Made by a program: the position numbers and the translations under genes | Notes under the pieces: model-generated | What the model was told of the DNA's origin: nothing | The model's database searches: none | The model's input: the letters and a program-made list of their open reading frames with translations, nothing else | Shown here: piece after piece, positions 1 to 9,201 of the stretch | How positions within the stretch are numbered: the first letter of the stretch is position 1 | How the letters are laid out: each line of letters starts with the position of its first letter | Assembly: GCA_027338645.1 (NCBI GenBank) | Contig: DAHWSH010000024.1 | Span: 12,055-76,054, forward strand | Direction: 5' to 3' | From: Pseudomonadota bacterium | Lineage (GTDB): Bacteria > Pseudomonadota > Gammaproteobacteria > JAKAQQ01 | Length of the DNA: 64,000 nt

Positions 1-1
1 G

Positions 2-892
2 CTCAGCGGAGGCTACATCGACCACTTCAGCCTCGGTGGGGAAAGCTACCGGGTGATTCCGCAGATCGAGCAGCGAGATCGCTTTCACGCGCGCGACCTC
101 AACCGCTACGAAGTGGCGGCAACCAATGGAACGCTGGTTCCGCTGGGCGACATCGTGACCCTGAAGAGTGAAGTCGCGCCGAATTCGCTGGACCGCTTTG
201 ACCAGATGAACTCGACCGAGCTCGAGGGGGTCATGAAACCCGGGGTTTCCCTGGGTGAGGCCTTGGATTTTCTGCGGAAGACGGCCCGTTCGATCCTGCC
301 CAAGACCTTTGGCGTTCATTACGCCGGACTGTCCCGCCAGTATGAAAAGCAGGGACAGGCCCTGATGGTGACTTTTTTCTTCGCGCTCATCGTGATCTTC
401 CTGGTTTTGGCTGGCCTTTTCGAAAGTTTCCGCGATCCGTGGATTGTTCTCGTGAGCGTGCCCATGTCCATTTCCGGTGCCTTGCTTTTTCTCAACCTGG
501 GTTTCGCCTCGGTCAATATCTACACCCAGATCGGACTGATCACCCTGATCGGGCTCATCAGCAAGCATGGCATCCTGATGACCCAGTTTGCGAACGACCT
601 GCAACGGAAGGAGGGCCTCAATCGCAGGCAGGCGATCCAGAAGGCGGCCACGATCCGGCTGCGTCCCATCCTGATGACCACCGCCGCCATGGTGATGGGT
701 GTGGTCCCGTTGATTGTCTCGACCGGTGCCGGGGCAGCCAGCCGTTATGACATTGGCTTGGTCATCGCCACGGGTCTTCTGATCGGAACCGCCTTTACCC
801 TGTTCATGGTCCCGACCGTTTATACCTGGCTGGCCCACGAATGGCCGGCATCAGCCCTGCCGGAGCGCTTGCCGGGACCGGATTTGAGATAA
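2..892 (+). CDS. RND efflux transporter permease (AcrB/MexW-like), C-terminal part; 5' truncated by window edge
   Basis: Frame is open from base 2. Typical RND TM8-12 motifs: LAGLFESFRDP, QIGLITLIGLISKHGILM, RLRPILMTTAAMVMG. Confidence 0.93.
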   Translation, partial: LSGGYIDHFSLGGESYRVIPQIEQRDRFHARDLNRYEVAATNGTLVPLGDIVTLKSEVAPNSLDRFDQMNSTELEGVMKPGVSLGEALDFLRKTARSILPKTFGVHYAGLSRQYEKQGQALMVTFFFALIVIFLVLAGLFESFRDPWIVLVSVPMSISGALLFLNLGFASVNIYTQIGLITLIGLISKHGILMTQFANDLQRKEGLNRRQAIQKAATIRLRPILMTTAAMVMGVVPLIVSTGAGAASRYDIGLVIATGLLIGTAFTLFMVPTVYTWLAHEWPASALPERLPGPDLR

Positions 893-1013
893 AGACCGGG
901 GGTGGAGTGGAGGATCCCGGAGCCGGGAGGTATCATGGGCGAGAGAAACCGGACCCGTCCGGTGCCCGGCCTTGGTCATGGCACCTGATCTAAATCAAGT
1001 CAAGAGTAGAGAG

Positions 1014-2087
1014 ATGGCAGAGCAATCCGTTCCCGGGCTTCTCGATTCCATCGTGCATCCGGCACTCCCGGGCCGCGCTCTGTCCCTGACGGGGCGGATC
1101 GAGCGAATGGAGCCAAACGCTTACCGGCTGGTTTTGACCCACCCGGTCGGCGAGTTTTCCTATCGATATGAAGAGCCGGTGCGGACCGCCTTGGAACGAT
1201 CAGCCGGCAGGAATGTGGTACTCGAGACCGTAAGCCTCATTCCGTCCGCGCCGAAGCAGGGGAACCAACCGGTCCCCGAGAAGGTGAAAAATCTCCTGGC
1301 AGTCGCATCGGCCAAAGGCGGGGTGGGCAAGTCCACCGTGGCCGTGAATGTGGCGCTCTCCCTGTCCCGTCTCGGTGCCCGGGTCGGCATTCTCGATGCC
1401 GACATTTATGGTCCGAGCCTCCCGGCCATGCTGGGCGTGGACCCCCGGGCAGGCGTGGACACGGACGGTCAAAAACTAAAACCCGTGATTCGCCATGGAC
1501 TTCCCTGCATGAGTATTGGGCTTTTGGTCGACACCGATCAGGCGATGATCTGGCGGGGTCCGATGGTGACCCAGGCGCTGCAGCAACTCCTGTATCAAAC
1601 CGACTGGCCGGAACTCGACTATCTCGTGATCGACCTGCCGCCAGGAACCGGCGATATCCAGCTGACTCTGGCCCAGCGAGTCCCTCTGAGTGGTGCCTTG
1701 ATTGTGACCACGCCCCAGAAAATCTCCGTTCTGGATGCCCGCCGGGGAATCCGCATGTTCGAGAAGGTTCGCGTCCCGGTTTTGGGAATCGTGGAGAACA
1801 TGGCCACTTTTCACTGCCCACACTGCGGAACGGACAGTACGGTCTTTGGCACCGGAGGAGGGCGGGCTCTCGCGACCGAATGTGGAGTGGCTGACCTGGG
1901 CAGCCTGCCGCTTGTCCCCGGGCTGTGCGAACGGATGGACGAGGGTGCCCCGCCAGCCGCCTCCGACCTTCAATCGGAGCTGGCTCAGCGCTTTCTGGCT
2001 CTGGCGCACGAGGTGGGTGCTCTCCTCGCGGTATCGGTTGTCGAGAGTGCCCGGAGTACGCCCACGATCATCGTGGAGGGGGCTTGA
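1014..2087 (+). CDS. apbC: Mrp/ApbC Fe-S cluster carrier ATPase
   Basis: Deviant Walker [39 protein letters not shown]; directly upstream of dcd as usual. Confidence 0.93.
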   Translation: MAEQSVPGLLDSIVHPALPGRALSLTGRIERMEPNAYRLVLTHPVGEFSYRYEEPVRTALERSAGRNVVLETVSLIPSAPKQGNQPVPEKVKNLLAVASAKGGVGKSTVAVNVALSLSRLGARVGILDADIYGPSLPAMLGVDPRAGVDTDGQKLKPVIRHGLPCMSIGLLVDTDQAMIWRGPMVTQALQQLLYQTDWPELDYLVIDLPPGTGDIQLTLAQRVPLSGALIVTTPQKISVLDARRGIRMFEKVRVPVLGIVENMATFHCPHCGTDSTVFGTGGGRALATECGVADLGSLPLVPGLCERMDEGAPPAASDLQSELAQRFLALAHEVGALLAVSVVESARSTPTIIVEGA

Positions 2088-2088
2088 C

Positions 2089-2655
2089 ATGGGACTCAAG
2101 TCCGACCGCTGGATCCGTGAGATGGTCAGCACTTCCCGCATGATCGAGCCTTTCGAGCCCGGTCAGGTCCGGGAAAACGAACAGGGTCGGGCGATCTCGT
2201 TCGGGACCTCGAGTTATGGCTACGATGTCCGCTGCGCGGATGAGTTCAAGATTTTTACCAACATCAACTCCGCGGTGGTCGATCCCAAGAACTTCTCAGC
2301 CTCGAGTTTCGTCGATTTCCGAGGTCCAGTCTGCATCATCCCACCGAACTCCTTTGCCTTGGCCCGGACCGTCGAATATTTCCGGATTCCGCGTAATGTG
2401 CTCACCATCTGTCTCGGGAAATCGACCTATGCCCGCTGTGGAATCATCGTCAACGTGACGCCACTTGAACCTGAATGGGAAGGGCATGTCACCCTCGAGT
2501 TCTCAAATACGACACCATTACCAGCGCGGATTTATGCTCATGAGGGAGTCGCCCAGATGCTGTTTTTCGAAGCGGATGAAAGCTGTGCGGTGTCGTACCA
2601 GGATCGGGGCGGGAAGTACCAGGGTCAGAAGGGAGTCACTTTACCCAAGGCCTGA
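2089..2655 (+). CDS. dcd: dCTP deaminase
   Basis: MGLKSDRWI start, [40 protein letters not shown]; 188 aa. Confidence 0.96.
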   Translation: MGLKSDRWIREMVSTSRMIEPFEPGQVRENEQGRAISFGTSSYGYDVRCADEFKIFTNINSAVVDPKNFSASSFVDFRGPVCIIPPNSFALARTVEYFRIPRNVLTICLGKSTYARCGIIVNVTPLEPEWEGHVTLEFSNTTPLPARIYAHEGVAQMLFFEADESCAVSYQDRGGKYQGQKGVTLPKA

Positions 2656-3446
2656 GGGGACGGGTGTGGTGTCCGGATCCGGGAGGGAAGCGGACTGAAC
2701 CGGAGGAGCCGCAGCGTGATCGTCGGATGATGAGGACGTATTTCCCGCGCAACGACCGGGATTTCACCCAAGGTGCGGGCACACCAGAAGATGAGCCGGG
2801 TTCCCTTTGGGGTTTCTGCGACATACTCGACCGTCTGGAAGATCCCGGCGGGGGTCCTCCACGTTCGTTGACCTTTCGGGGTCACGACATAGCGGTGAAG
2901 GTGATTGTGGTTGACGACAAGAAAGGTCGAAGGGGGTCGGCCCTGCAGCACGAGATCGCGGCTGAGCGCGATCTGGGCGGTCATGCGGTCCAGCATGCCG
3001 GGATGAAGGGGTAACGTGACCGACTTGGACCCCACCTGTGAATGGACGATCCGCTTGGACCAGTCAAAGCGCACGTCCTGGTCATGACGGGCGCTTCGGC
3101 CTGGCTCTGTCAGTCGGTAAGACAAGGGTTCAAGCCGACCGTTTCTGAGGATGCGGAAGTGGGCGGTTTCCGCCAGGCGAATATTTTCAAAGATCGAGAA
3201 CAGTCCGTTGGGATGTGAGAAAGAATGGCATCGCCAGATGCCGGAAGCTTCCCGCCGCAACGTGATCCTGGAACGGCCGACGCCGAAGCCGTCGAGATAG
3301 ACACTGTAGGTGGCTTGGTAAGGCAAGAGACCCGAGTGCGGACCCGGGGCTGCATGGGCGTAAGCAGGGAGCTGCGACAGTAGAAACACGATGAAAAGAA
3401 GGCCCGGGGCGAGCCGGTCGGGACGGAGAATGCGGAGCGGGGACAT
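2625..3446 (-). CDS. DUF3108-family exported protein
   Basis: Signal peptide (AYAHA), [28 protein letters not shown]; usual position downstream of purN. Confidence 0.72.
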   Translation of the reverse strand: MSPLRILRPDRLAPGLLFIVFLLSQLPAYAHAAPGPHSGLLPYQATYSVYLDGFGVGRSRITLRREASGIWRCHSFSHPNGLFSIFENIRLAETAHFRILRNGRLEPLSYRLTEPGRSARHDQDVRFDWSKRIVHSQVGSKSVTLPLHPGMLDRMTAQIALSRDLVLQGRPPSTFLVVNHNHLHRYVVTPKGQRTWRTPAGIFQTVEYVAETPKGTRLIFWCARTLGEIPVVAREIRPHHPTITLRLLRFSPLPSRIRTPHPSPQALGKVTPF

Positions 3447-3451
3447 GTCCT

Positions 3452-4114
3452 TTACGAAAAGGGAAACTCGAGGGGAGACTCCAGTCTACGCCCTTTCCAG
3501 AACACGGCATCGGGGGCAATGACCAATCGACCATGGGCCAGTTCGGCCAAGACCGCCGGGTAGAGCCGATGTTCGGCCTGCTTGGTCCGCTCGATCAAAA
3601 AATCCTCGGTATCGGCAGACCGGATCGGTACACGGATCTGGGCTAGGCGAAATCCCGCGTCCACTTCCGGAACCACGAGATGGACCGTCGCGCCGTGTTC
3701 CAGATCACCCTGTTCGAGAGCCCGGCGGTGGGGATGGAGGCCCGGATGGCGTGGCAAGAGCGAAGGATGAATGTTGAGCAGCCGTCCGGCAAAGCGGTTG
3801 ACCGTCTCCGCTTGCAAGATCCGCATGAAGCCGGCCATGGCGATCAGATCCGGGTGGCAGCGGTCGAGCTGCTCGTTCAGGGAGGATTCCCAGGTACTGC
3901 GGTTGGGGAAGGCTTCGAGCTCGAGACTGAAAGCGGGTATGCCGTGCCGCCGGGCCCGATCGAGGGCCGGGGCCTGTGCCCGGTCGCTCAGGACGGCGAC
4001 CGGTTTGAGGGGGAGCAGTCCTGACTGGCTCGCATCGAGGATCGCCTGAAGGTTGCTGCCCGTTCCGGAAACCAGCACCGCCAGGGTTCGGGGGGGCTGT
4101 GGCGCCGGGTTCAC
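3452..4114 (-). CDS. purN: Phosphoribosylglycinamide formyltransferase
   Basis: VLVSGTGSNLQA, AGFMRIL, LNIHPSLLP, HGATVHLV..VDAG. Confidence 0.96.
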   Translation of the reverse strand: MNPAPQPPRTLAVLVSGTGSNLQAILDASQSGLLPLKPVAVLSDRAQAPALDRARRHGIPAFSLELEAFPNRSTWESSLNEQLDRCHPDLIAMAGFMRILQAETVNRFAGRLLNIHPSLLPRHPGLHPHRRALEQGDLEHGATVHLVVPEVDAGFRLAQIRVPIRSADTEDFLIERTKQAEHRLYPAVLAELAHGRLVIAPDAVFWKGRRLESPLEFPFS

Positions 4115-5142
4115 TCGATCCGGATCCCGTGGCCAGGATCCGCCACGACCTCCCCGATCAGGTAGGCGGCCTCGCCGGCCGCCGTCAGGAGATCCAGGGT
4201 CTCCGGAACGCTTTCAGGTGGAACCATCAAAAGATAGCCAATCCCGGCGTTAAACGTCCGGTAGAACTCGCGGGTAGAAAGTTGGGCCTGATCACGGATC
4301 CACTCGAGAACCGGTGGGAGCGGCCAGCTCCGGGGGTCCAGAACGGCACCGAGCCCTTGGGGTAGCACGCGGGGGGGGTTGTCGATCAAACCTCCGCCGG
4401 TGATGTGGGCCATGGCATGGACGGGAACACGTTTCAGGAGGGGAAGAACCGACTTCACATAGATGCGGGTGGGTTCAAGCAAGCGGTCCATCAGCCGGGA
4501 TTTCTCCACGCCGCCTCCCCGGAGGCCTTCCCGTTCGAGGAGCTTGCGGACGAGTGAAAACCCATTGGAATGCACGCCCGAGGAGGCGAGTCCGATGAGA
4601 CGGTCACCGGCTCGGACACTCGAACCATCCAGGACTCTGGACCGTTCGACAATGCCGACACAGAATCCGGCGAGGTCAAAATCGGGGGCCCGGTAGAGTC
4701 CGGGCATCTCGGCCGTTTCCCCGCCGACCAAGGCGCAACCGGCCAGTTCGCAGCCTTGGCTGATGCCGGCCAAGAGCCGGCTTCCCTGGTCTGGGTCGAT
4801 CCGACCACTCGCGTAGTAGTCCAGAAAGAACAGCGGTTCCGCCCCGTGGACGAGTACGTCGTTCGCGCACATGGCAACGAGATCGATCCCGAGTCCCTCC
4901 AGGCGGTCTTGAGCCAGACCGAGGAGAAGCTTGGTTCCGATGCCATCGGTTCCTGCCACCAGGACGGGATGGGTAAACCGGTCGACCGGAATCTGGATGA
5001 GGGCACCAAAACCGCCGATCCCAGCCAGGACCTCGGGGCGATGCGTGCGCGCCGCATGCGGACGGATCCGGTCGATCAGGGTTTCGGCGGACTCGATGTC
5101 CACGCCGGAATCACGATAGGTCAGCGGTGGTTTGGGCAGCAT
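4111..5142 (-). CDS. purM: Phosphoribosylformylglycinamidine cyclo-ligase
   Basis: TYRDSGVDI, GTDGIGTK, GGETAEMPG, SSGVHSNGFSL, AHITGGG, TFNAGIG. Confidence 0.97.
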   Translation of the reverse strand: MLPKPPLTYRDSGVDIESAETLIDRIRPHAARTHRPEVLAGIGGFGALIQIPVDRFTHPVLVAGTDGIGTKLLLGLAQDRLEGLGIDLVAMCANDVLVHGAEPLFFLDYYASGRIDPDQGSRLLAGISQGCELAGCALVGGETAEMPGLYRAPDFDLAGFCVGIVERSRVLDGSSVRAGDRLIGLASSGVHSNGFSLVRKLLEREGLRGGGVEKSRLMDRLLEPTRIYVKSVLPLLKRVPVHAMAHITGGGLIDNPPRVLPQGLGAVLDPRSWPLPPVLEWIRDQAQLSTREFYRTFNAGIGYLLMVPPESVPETLDLLTAAGEAAYLIGEVVADPGHGIRIE

Positions 5143-5210
5143 GGCAGTCGACGGGAAAACTCTTGGGTTATGTTATCGTAAACGGCCTCTACGCGAGGGT
5201 GGATTTGTTC

Positions 5211-6332
5211 ATGGGTAGTCGTTCCCCTTACCCGTTCCGGTGCTTGGACGGGGCCAAAGGATCCCTTCTGCCGAAGATCCTGCTCGCGATCGGTCTCGTA
5301 ATGGGGATGGCCCAGCCGGTCGACGCGACGGTCATGCGGCATGTTTTCCGGGTCGAACTGCCGGTCGCTCAACTGGCCGCGAGACCGTCAGTGGCCGACA
5401 TCCGGCTGGCGGCCGGGATTTTGCTTGACCGGATTACCGGAGATCCTGACTTGGCCAACCGGGGAACCGTGAGTGCGCTGATTGCCGAGTCGGGTCAGTG
5501 GGTTGCCGAATATGGCTATCAGAGAGCAGGAGCCCGGAGTGGAAATCGGATCGGACTGAAGTCTCGACTCCCGTTCCGGCTTTGGATCCGTTTCGATCAC
5601 CGAGCTGTTGAACGCGCGGTTTTCGGCGCACACTTGCCGTTCTGGGGAGACTTAAGACCCCGTCTTTTGATCTGGCTGGACACGGGCTCGAACTCCAGTG
5701 AAATCCTCTCAGCGTCATCTTCCTCCCCCTTGCGTTGGCACCTGAAACGGGTTTTCGGCCGTCTGGCGCTGCCGGCCCTGCTACCCCTCATGGATCTTCG
5801 GGAACGCACCGAGATCGGGATTCACAACCTGTCTCCACCAGCCTGGTCTCTGCTCCACCAGGTCTCCCAGCCGTACCATCCAGAGGCCCTGTGGGTGGGG
5901 CGCCTCCAGGGCAATGCAGCCAGTGGCTGGATGGGAAACTTTGCCGTTCAAACCGGCCACTTCACCCTTAACTGGCAGTCTCGGCACCTACATGTTCACC
6001 GCTGGAGGGTGTTGCAGTCCGCTCTGGACTACCTGGATTCGATCCTGGCATCGCGCTTCGCGGTGTTCGCCAGCCATCAACCGGTCCGTCTTTCCATCCG
6101 CATCCAGGGTCGACTGACGCTCCGGCAGGTCAGCCGGATCGAGAATTTCCTCCATCATCTTCCGGGAGTGACGCAACCGCGGCTTTTGGAGTTGGCTCCG
6201 AAATCACTCGTCTTAACTCTGGTCGCACGGATTGATCGGACTCATCTGGAACGACTGATGCTGCTTGCCGGACCTGGAATTCATCTCAAGCCGGAGCCTG
6301 GGCACCGGCTGGTTTTTGCACTCCAGTCCTGA
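5211..6332 (+). CDS. DUF2066-family exported protein
   Basis: Signal-like N-terminus, LLDRITG, LPFWGDLRPRLLIWL, LLPLMDLRE; usual position divergent from purM. Confidence 0.72.
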   Translation: MGSRSPYPFRCLDGAKGSLLPKILLAIGLVMGMAQPVDATVMRHVFRVELPVAQLAARPSVADIRLAAGILLDRITGDPDLANRGTVSALIAESGQWVAEYGYQRAGARSGNRIGLKSRLPFRLWIRFDHRAVERAVFGAHLPFWGDLRPRLLIWLDTGSNSSEILSASSSSPLRWHLKRVFGRLALPALLPLMDLRERTEIGIHNLSPPAWSLLHQVSQPYHPEALWVGRLQGNAASGWMGNFAVQTGHFTLNWQSRHLHVHRWRVLQSALDYLDSILASRFAVFASHQPVRLSIRIQGRLTLRQVSRIENFLHHLPGVTQPRLLELAPKSLVLTLVARIDRTHLERLMLLAGPGIHLKPEPGHRLVFALQS

Positions 6333-6346
6333 ATCTTGTGCGGCCC

Positions 6347-6907
6347 ATGCGCCTGCGATCTCCTCTTTGGCCCAATCTCTTGTCCACAGCCCGACTTGTG
6401 GCCGCTCCTCCCTTGTTTGTCCTCCTTTTAGAAGGACGGCTGTGGTGGAGCCTCGGAGTTTTTTCTCTCGCAGCACTCACCGATGCCTTGGATGGCTTTT
6501 TGGCTAAACGTTATTCCTGGCAGTCTGCGACCGGTGCCTTTCTGGATCCGCTCGCCGACAAGCTGCTTATTTTTTCGGCCTTTGCTGCACTGGTGGTGAC
6601 GGGAGTGACCCCGCCCTGGTTGTTCTGGACAATCTGGGGGCGGGATGCCGCCATGGGGCTCGCCGTGCTGGTCTGGTATGCGTGGCGAGGACCGTTTTGG
6701 GTGGTGCCCACGCGCCTCAGCAAGGCCAGTATGGCCCTTCAGATCCTGTATCTCCTGTTGACCCTCATCTTCCTGTTGCAAAAAAAACCGTTTCCCACCC
6801 TCTGGTCCGGTTTTGAGGAACTCGTCGCCGCCCTCACGCTCCTGTCTGGAATCGACTACCTGATCCGCTTCAGACGCCGAGCCGGTCATGAGCCAGTCCA
6901 AGGTTGA
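6347..6907 (+). CDS. CDP-alcohol phosphatidyltransferase (PgsA-like)
   Basis: PNLLSTARL and the signature TDALDGFLAKR...GAFLDPLADK; hydrophobic. Confidence 0.9.
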   Translation: MRLRSPLWPNLLSTARLVAAPPLFVLLLEGRLWWSLGVFSLAALTDALDGFLAKRYSWQSATGAFLDPLADKLLIFSAFAALVVTGVTPPWLFWTIWGRDAAMGLAVLVWYAWRGPFWVVPTRLSKASMALQILYLLLTLIFLLQKKPFPTLWSGFEELVAALTLLSGIDYLIRFRRRAGHEPVQG

Positions 6908-7631
6908 GACGGGTCGGCAGCTTCTCCTGTTTCCCCAGATGGGCACAGGGCCCAGTTTTGCCAGTTTTCGAACAGACTGCCTCACGCTTGTCGTTGAGAC
7001 CTGCCAGGCGTTGGCTTTCGGCATGAGATCCGGTTACGCCGTCCTCTATGGACCGCCGGGATCCGGGAAAAGCCACCTCCTGCGGGCGGCCTGTCAGGCG
7101 TGGACCGGACGGGGAGGGCAGGCGGCGCTCTGGACTCCGGACCCCTGTGAGTCGCCCCCGGAACCGGGCGGATCGCTACCCTATGAGTTTCTGGCCATCG
7201 AATCGCTCGATCTCGTGGCAGGAGATTCCGAACTTGAACGGGCCTGTTTCGGTTTTGTACTGGCTGCCCAGCAGGGCCGGCTTCGACTGTTGCTGGCCGC
7301 CCGAACCCCGCCCGCCGCACTTCCCTGGAAACTCCCGGACCTGGCTTCAAGACTCGTGGCCATGACCCTGCCGGGGCTTACACCGGTCGCCGAATCCCTG
7401 TGGCCGGAGATCCTCGAGAGCCGCTGCGAGGAGCGGGGCATGAGACTCGAAACGGCGGCTTCCCGCTGGCTCATGCAGCATGGTCCCCGGCGGCTCGAAA
7501 CCCTTCTTGGCGTGGTCGATGCGCTGGCTGATCGCGGCGGGGCGGTCGGCCGGAAAATCACGATCCCCCGAATCCGTCGCATGGTTCTGCAAAAGCATCC
7601 TGCAACCAGTTCCCCATCGGGGCTTAGGTGA
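6888..7631 (+). CDS. hda: DnaA regulatory inactivator Hda
   Basis: N-terminal clamp-binding-like RQLLLF, Walker A GPPGSGKSHLL, PDLASRL; purM-hda synteny. Walker B is degenerate. Confidence 0.8.
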   Translation: MSQSKVETGRQLLLFPQMGTGPSFASFRTDCLTLVVETCQALAFGMRSGYAVLYGPPGSGKSHLLRAACQAWTGRGGQAALWTPDPCESPPEPGGSLPYEFLAIESLDLVAGDSELERACFGFVLAAQQGRLRLLLAARTPPAALPWKLPDLASRLVAMTLPGLTPVAESLWPEILESRCEERGMRLETAASRWLMQHGPRRLETLLGVVDALADRGGAVGRKITIPRIRRMVLQKHPATSSPSGLR

Positions 7632-7723
7632 CGAGGTCCCGGACAAGGCATAGAATAGGACATCATCGCTGTGACGGCCGATTTCCCGGTGGCGGGATGC
7701 GGGGTGAGGCGGGAGGAGAGACT

Positions 7724-8122
7724 GTGCGCTTGCGACAGATTCCCGGTTCGAGGAAGAAGCGGGCCGTAGGTTTTCGAGCTCTGGGCGTGATCGGCTGCCT
7801 CTTTTTGGCCGGTTGTGTCGTCTCCCCTCCAGTCCAGGAGATGAGCGATGCCCGTCAGGCGATCAGTGCTGCCCGGGCCGCTGGCGCGATGCGCTTCGCC
7901 CCAGCCCAGCTCATGGCGGCACGACGCTGGCTGGAGGATGCCCGTCATGCGCTCCAAATCCATGATTATGGTTACGCTGCCCGAGATGCCCGAACGGCAC
8001 GGCAACGGGCGCTGGCTGCCCTGCATGCTGCGTTACGCCGGGAACAGGCCTTGGCAGCCCATTACCACTCCGGGGGTGGCACCTCCGGACACGTCCCGAC
8101 CTCACCGGGGAGGGGCGGATGA
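7724..8122 (+). CDS. DUF4398-like alanine-rich lipoprotein
   Basis: GGAGGAG RBS before GTG 7724; lipobox LAGC; PPVQEMSDARQAISAARAAGA..AP pattern. Confidence 0.75.
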   Translation: MRLRQIPGSRKKRAVGFRALGVIGCLFLAGCVVSPPVQEMSDARQAISAARAAGAMRFAPAQLMAARRWLEDARHALQIHDYGYAARDARTARQRALAALHAALRREQALAAHYHSGGGTSGHVPTSPGRGG

Positions 8123-8138
8123 CGAGGCGCCTTAATTC

Positions 8139-8168
8139 TTGACAGATCCCAAGCTTGCCGGATATAGT
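8139..8168 (+). promoter_or_regulatory. sigma70-type promoter of LysM lipoprotein gene
   Basis: TTGACA (8139-8144), 18-bp spacer, TATAGT (8163-8168); RBS AGGAG at 8215-8219. Confidence 0.7.
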
Positions 8169-8227
8169 GAGTACGGGATCTGGGTCCCTTGATTCACTAG
8201 ATTTACCGTGTGACAGGAGAGTTCACA

Positions 8228-8983
8228 ATGACCAAAAGATTTTACAGAGTGGTTCCACTGGCCGCCATCGTGCTCTTGGCGGCGTGTGCAACGGTCAAGA
8301 AGGCGCCTCCGCCTCCGCCCCCGAAAAAGCCTTCATCGGCAACCCTGCAGGCCATTCAGGATGCGAAGACGGCCATCGCGCGGGCTCAGAAAGTGGGCTG
8401 CAATGTTACCTCCGAGCAGAGTGAACTGACCCAAGCACAAACGGAAGCCAAGATCCCGGACAACGCCAAGGCCCAGCAACTGGCTGACGCTGCCCGGAAA
8501 AGTGCCGATGCCTGCACCAACCGCTACTGGATGCATAAGGCGCGTGCACTTCTGCGGAAAATCCGGCAGTACACCAACCTCAATAGCAGCGAGCGTTCGA
8601 GCCTGCAGGAAGGCCGTTCCGATATCGCCAGCAACGAGGGCAAACCGGCCTATGACGTCCTGAGTTCGCTTTTGGCCGAGCTCAAGGCGGCCCGCACTAC
8701 CTACACGGTGGTTCGTGGGGATAACCTGTGGCATATTGCCTCGAAGCACTCGGTTTACGGAAACCCCTTCGAGTGGCCGCTGATCTATCGGGCCAATGCC
8801 TCGAAAATCCATGACCCGGATCTCATCTACCCCAACCAGAACCTCAAGATCGTTCTGAACCCGTTGAAGAGCGCCGTGCATAGTGCCGTGCATTATGCGA
8901 AGACACGGGGTCCATGGCGTAACGGGCAGGCCCTGCACAAGGATCATGCGTGGCTGGCCTCGCAACAAGGCTCTCCTTTCTGA
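8228..8983 (+). CDS. LysM peptidoglycan-binding lipoprotein
   Basis: Lipobox LAAC, poly-Pro linker, helical region, LysM YTVVRGDNLWHIA...IYRANASKIHDPDLIYPNQNL. Confidence 0.9.
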   Translation: MTKRFYRVVPLAAIVLLAACATVKKAPPPPPPKKPSSATLQAIQDAKTAIARAQKVGCNVTSEQSELTQAQTEAKIPDNAKAQQLADAARKSADACTNRYWMHKARALLRKIRQYTNLNSSERSSLQEGRSDIASNEGKPAYDVLSSLLAELKAARTTYTVVRGDNLWHIASKHSVYGNPFEWPLIYRANASKIHDPDLIYPNQNLKIVLNPLKSAVHSAVHYAKTRGPWRNGQALHKDHAWLASQQGSPF

Positions 8984-9034
8984 GAGAGGCTTGAGTCGGC
9001 CCACCCGTGGCCTGAGACGGGAGATCCCTTATAG

Positions 9035-9065
9035 ACCCCGGCCAAAACGGCCGGGGTTTTTTTTT
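9035..9065 (+). terminator. Rho-independent terminator
   Basis: ACCCCGGCC-aaaac-GGCCGGGGT stem-loop followed by a long T tract, downstream of the LysM gene. Confidence 0.9.
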
Positions 9066-9123
9066 GATGGGTTCATCGTGAGGCAGCGAGCTCGACCCGG
9101 TGCGATGTCAAGAGGGTGGAATC

Positions 9124-9201
9124 ATGGAAATTCGCAGGCAGCCTGACCTACACTATGCACCAGATGAGGCAAGCGGTCTCGAGACCGAGGTGGCTTGGTG
9201 A
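9124..9201 (+). CDS. Putative 25-aa upstream/leader peptide MEIRRQPDLHYAPDEASGLETEVAW
   Basis: Purine-rich RBS (GAGGGTGGA) before ATG 9124; stop TGA overlaps GTG 9198 of the decarboxylase (GTGA). Confidence 0.35.
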   Translation: MEIRRQPDLHYAPDEASGLETEVAW

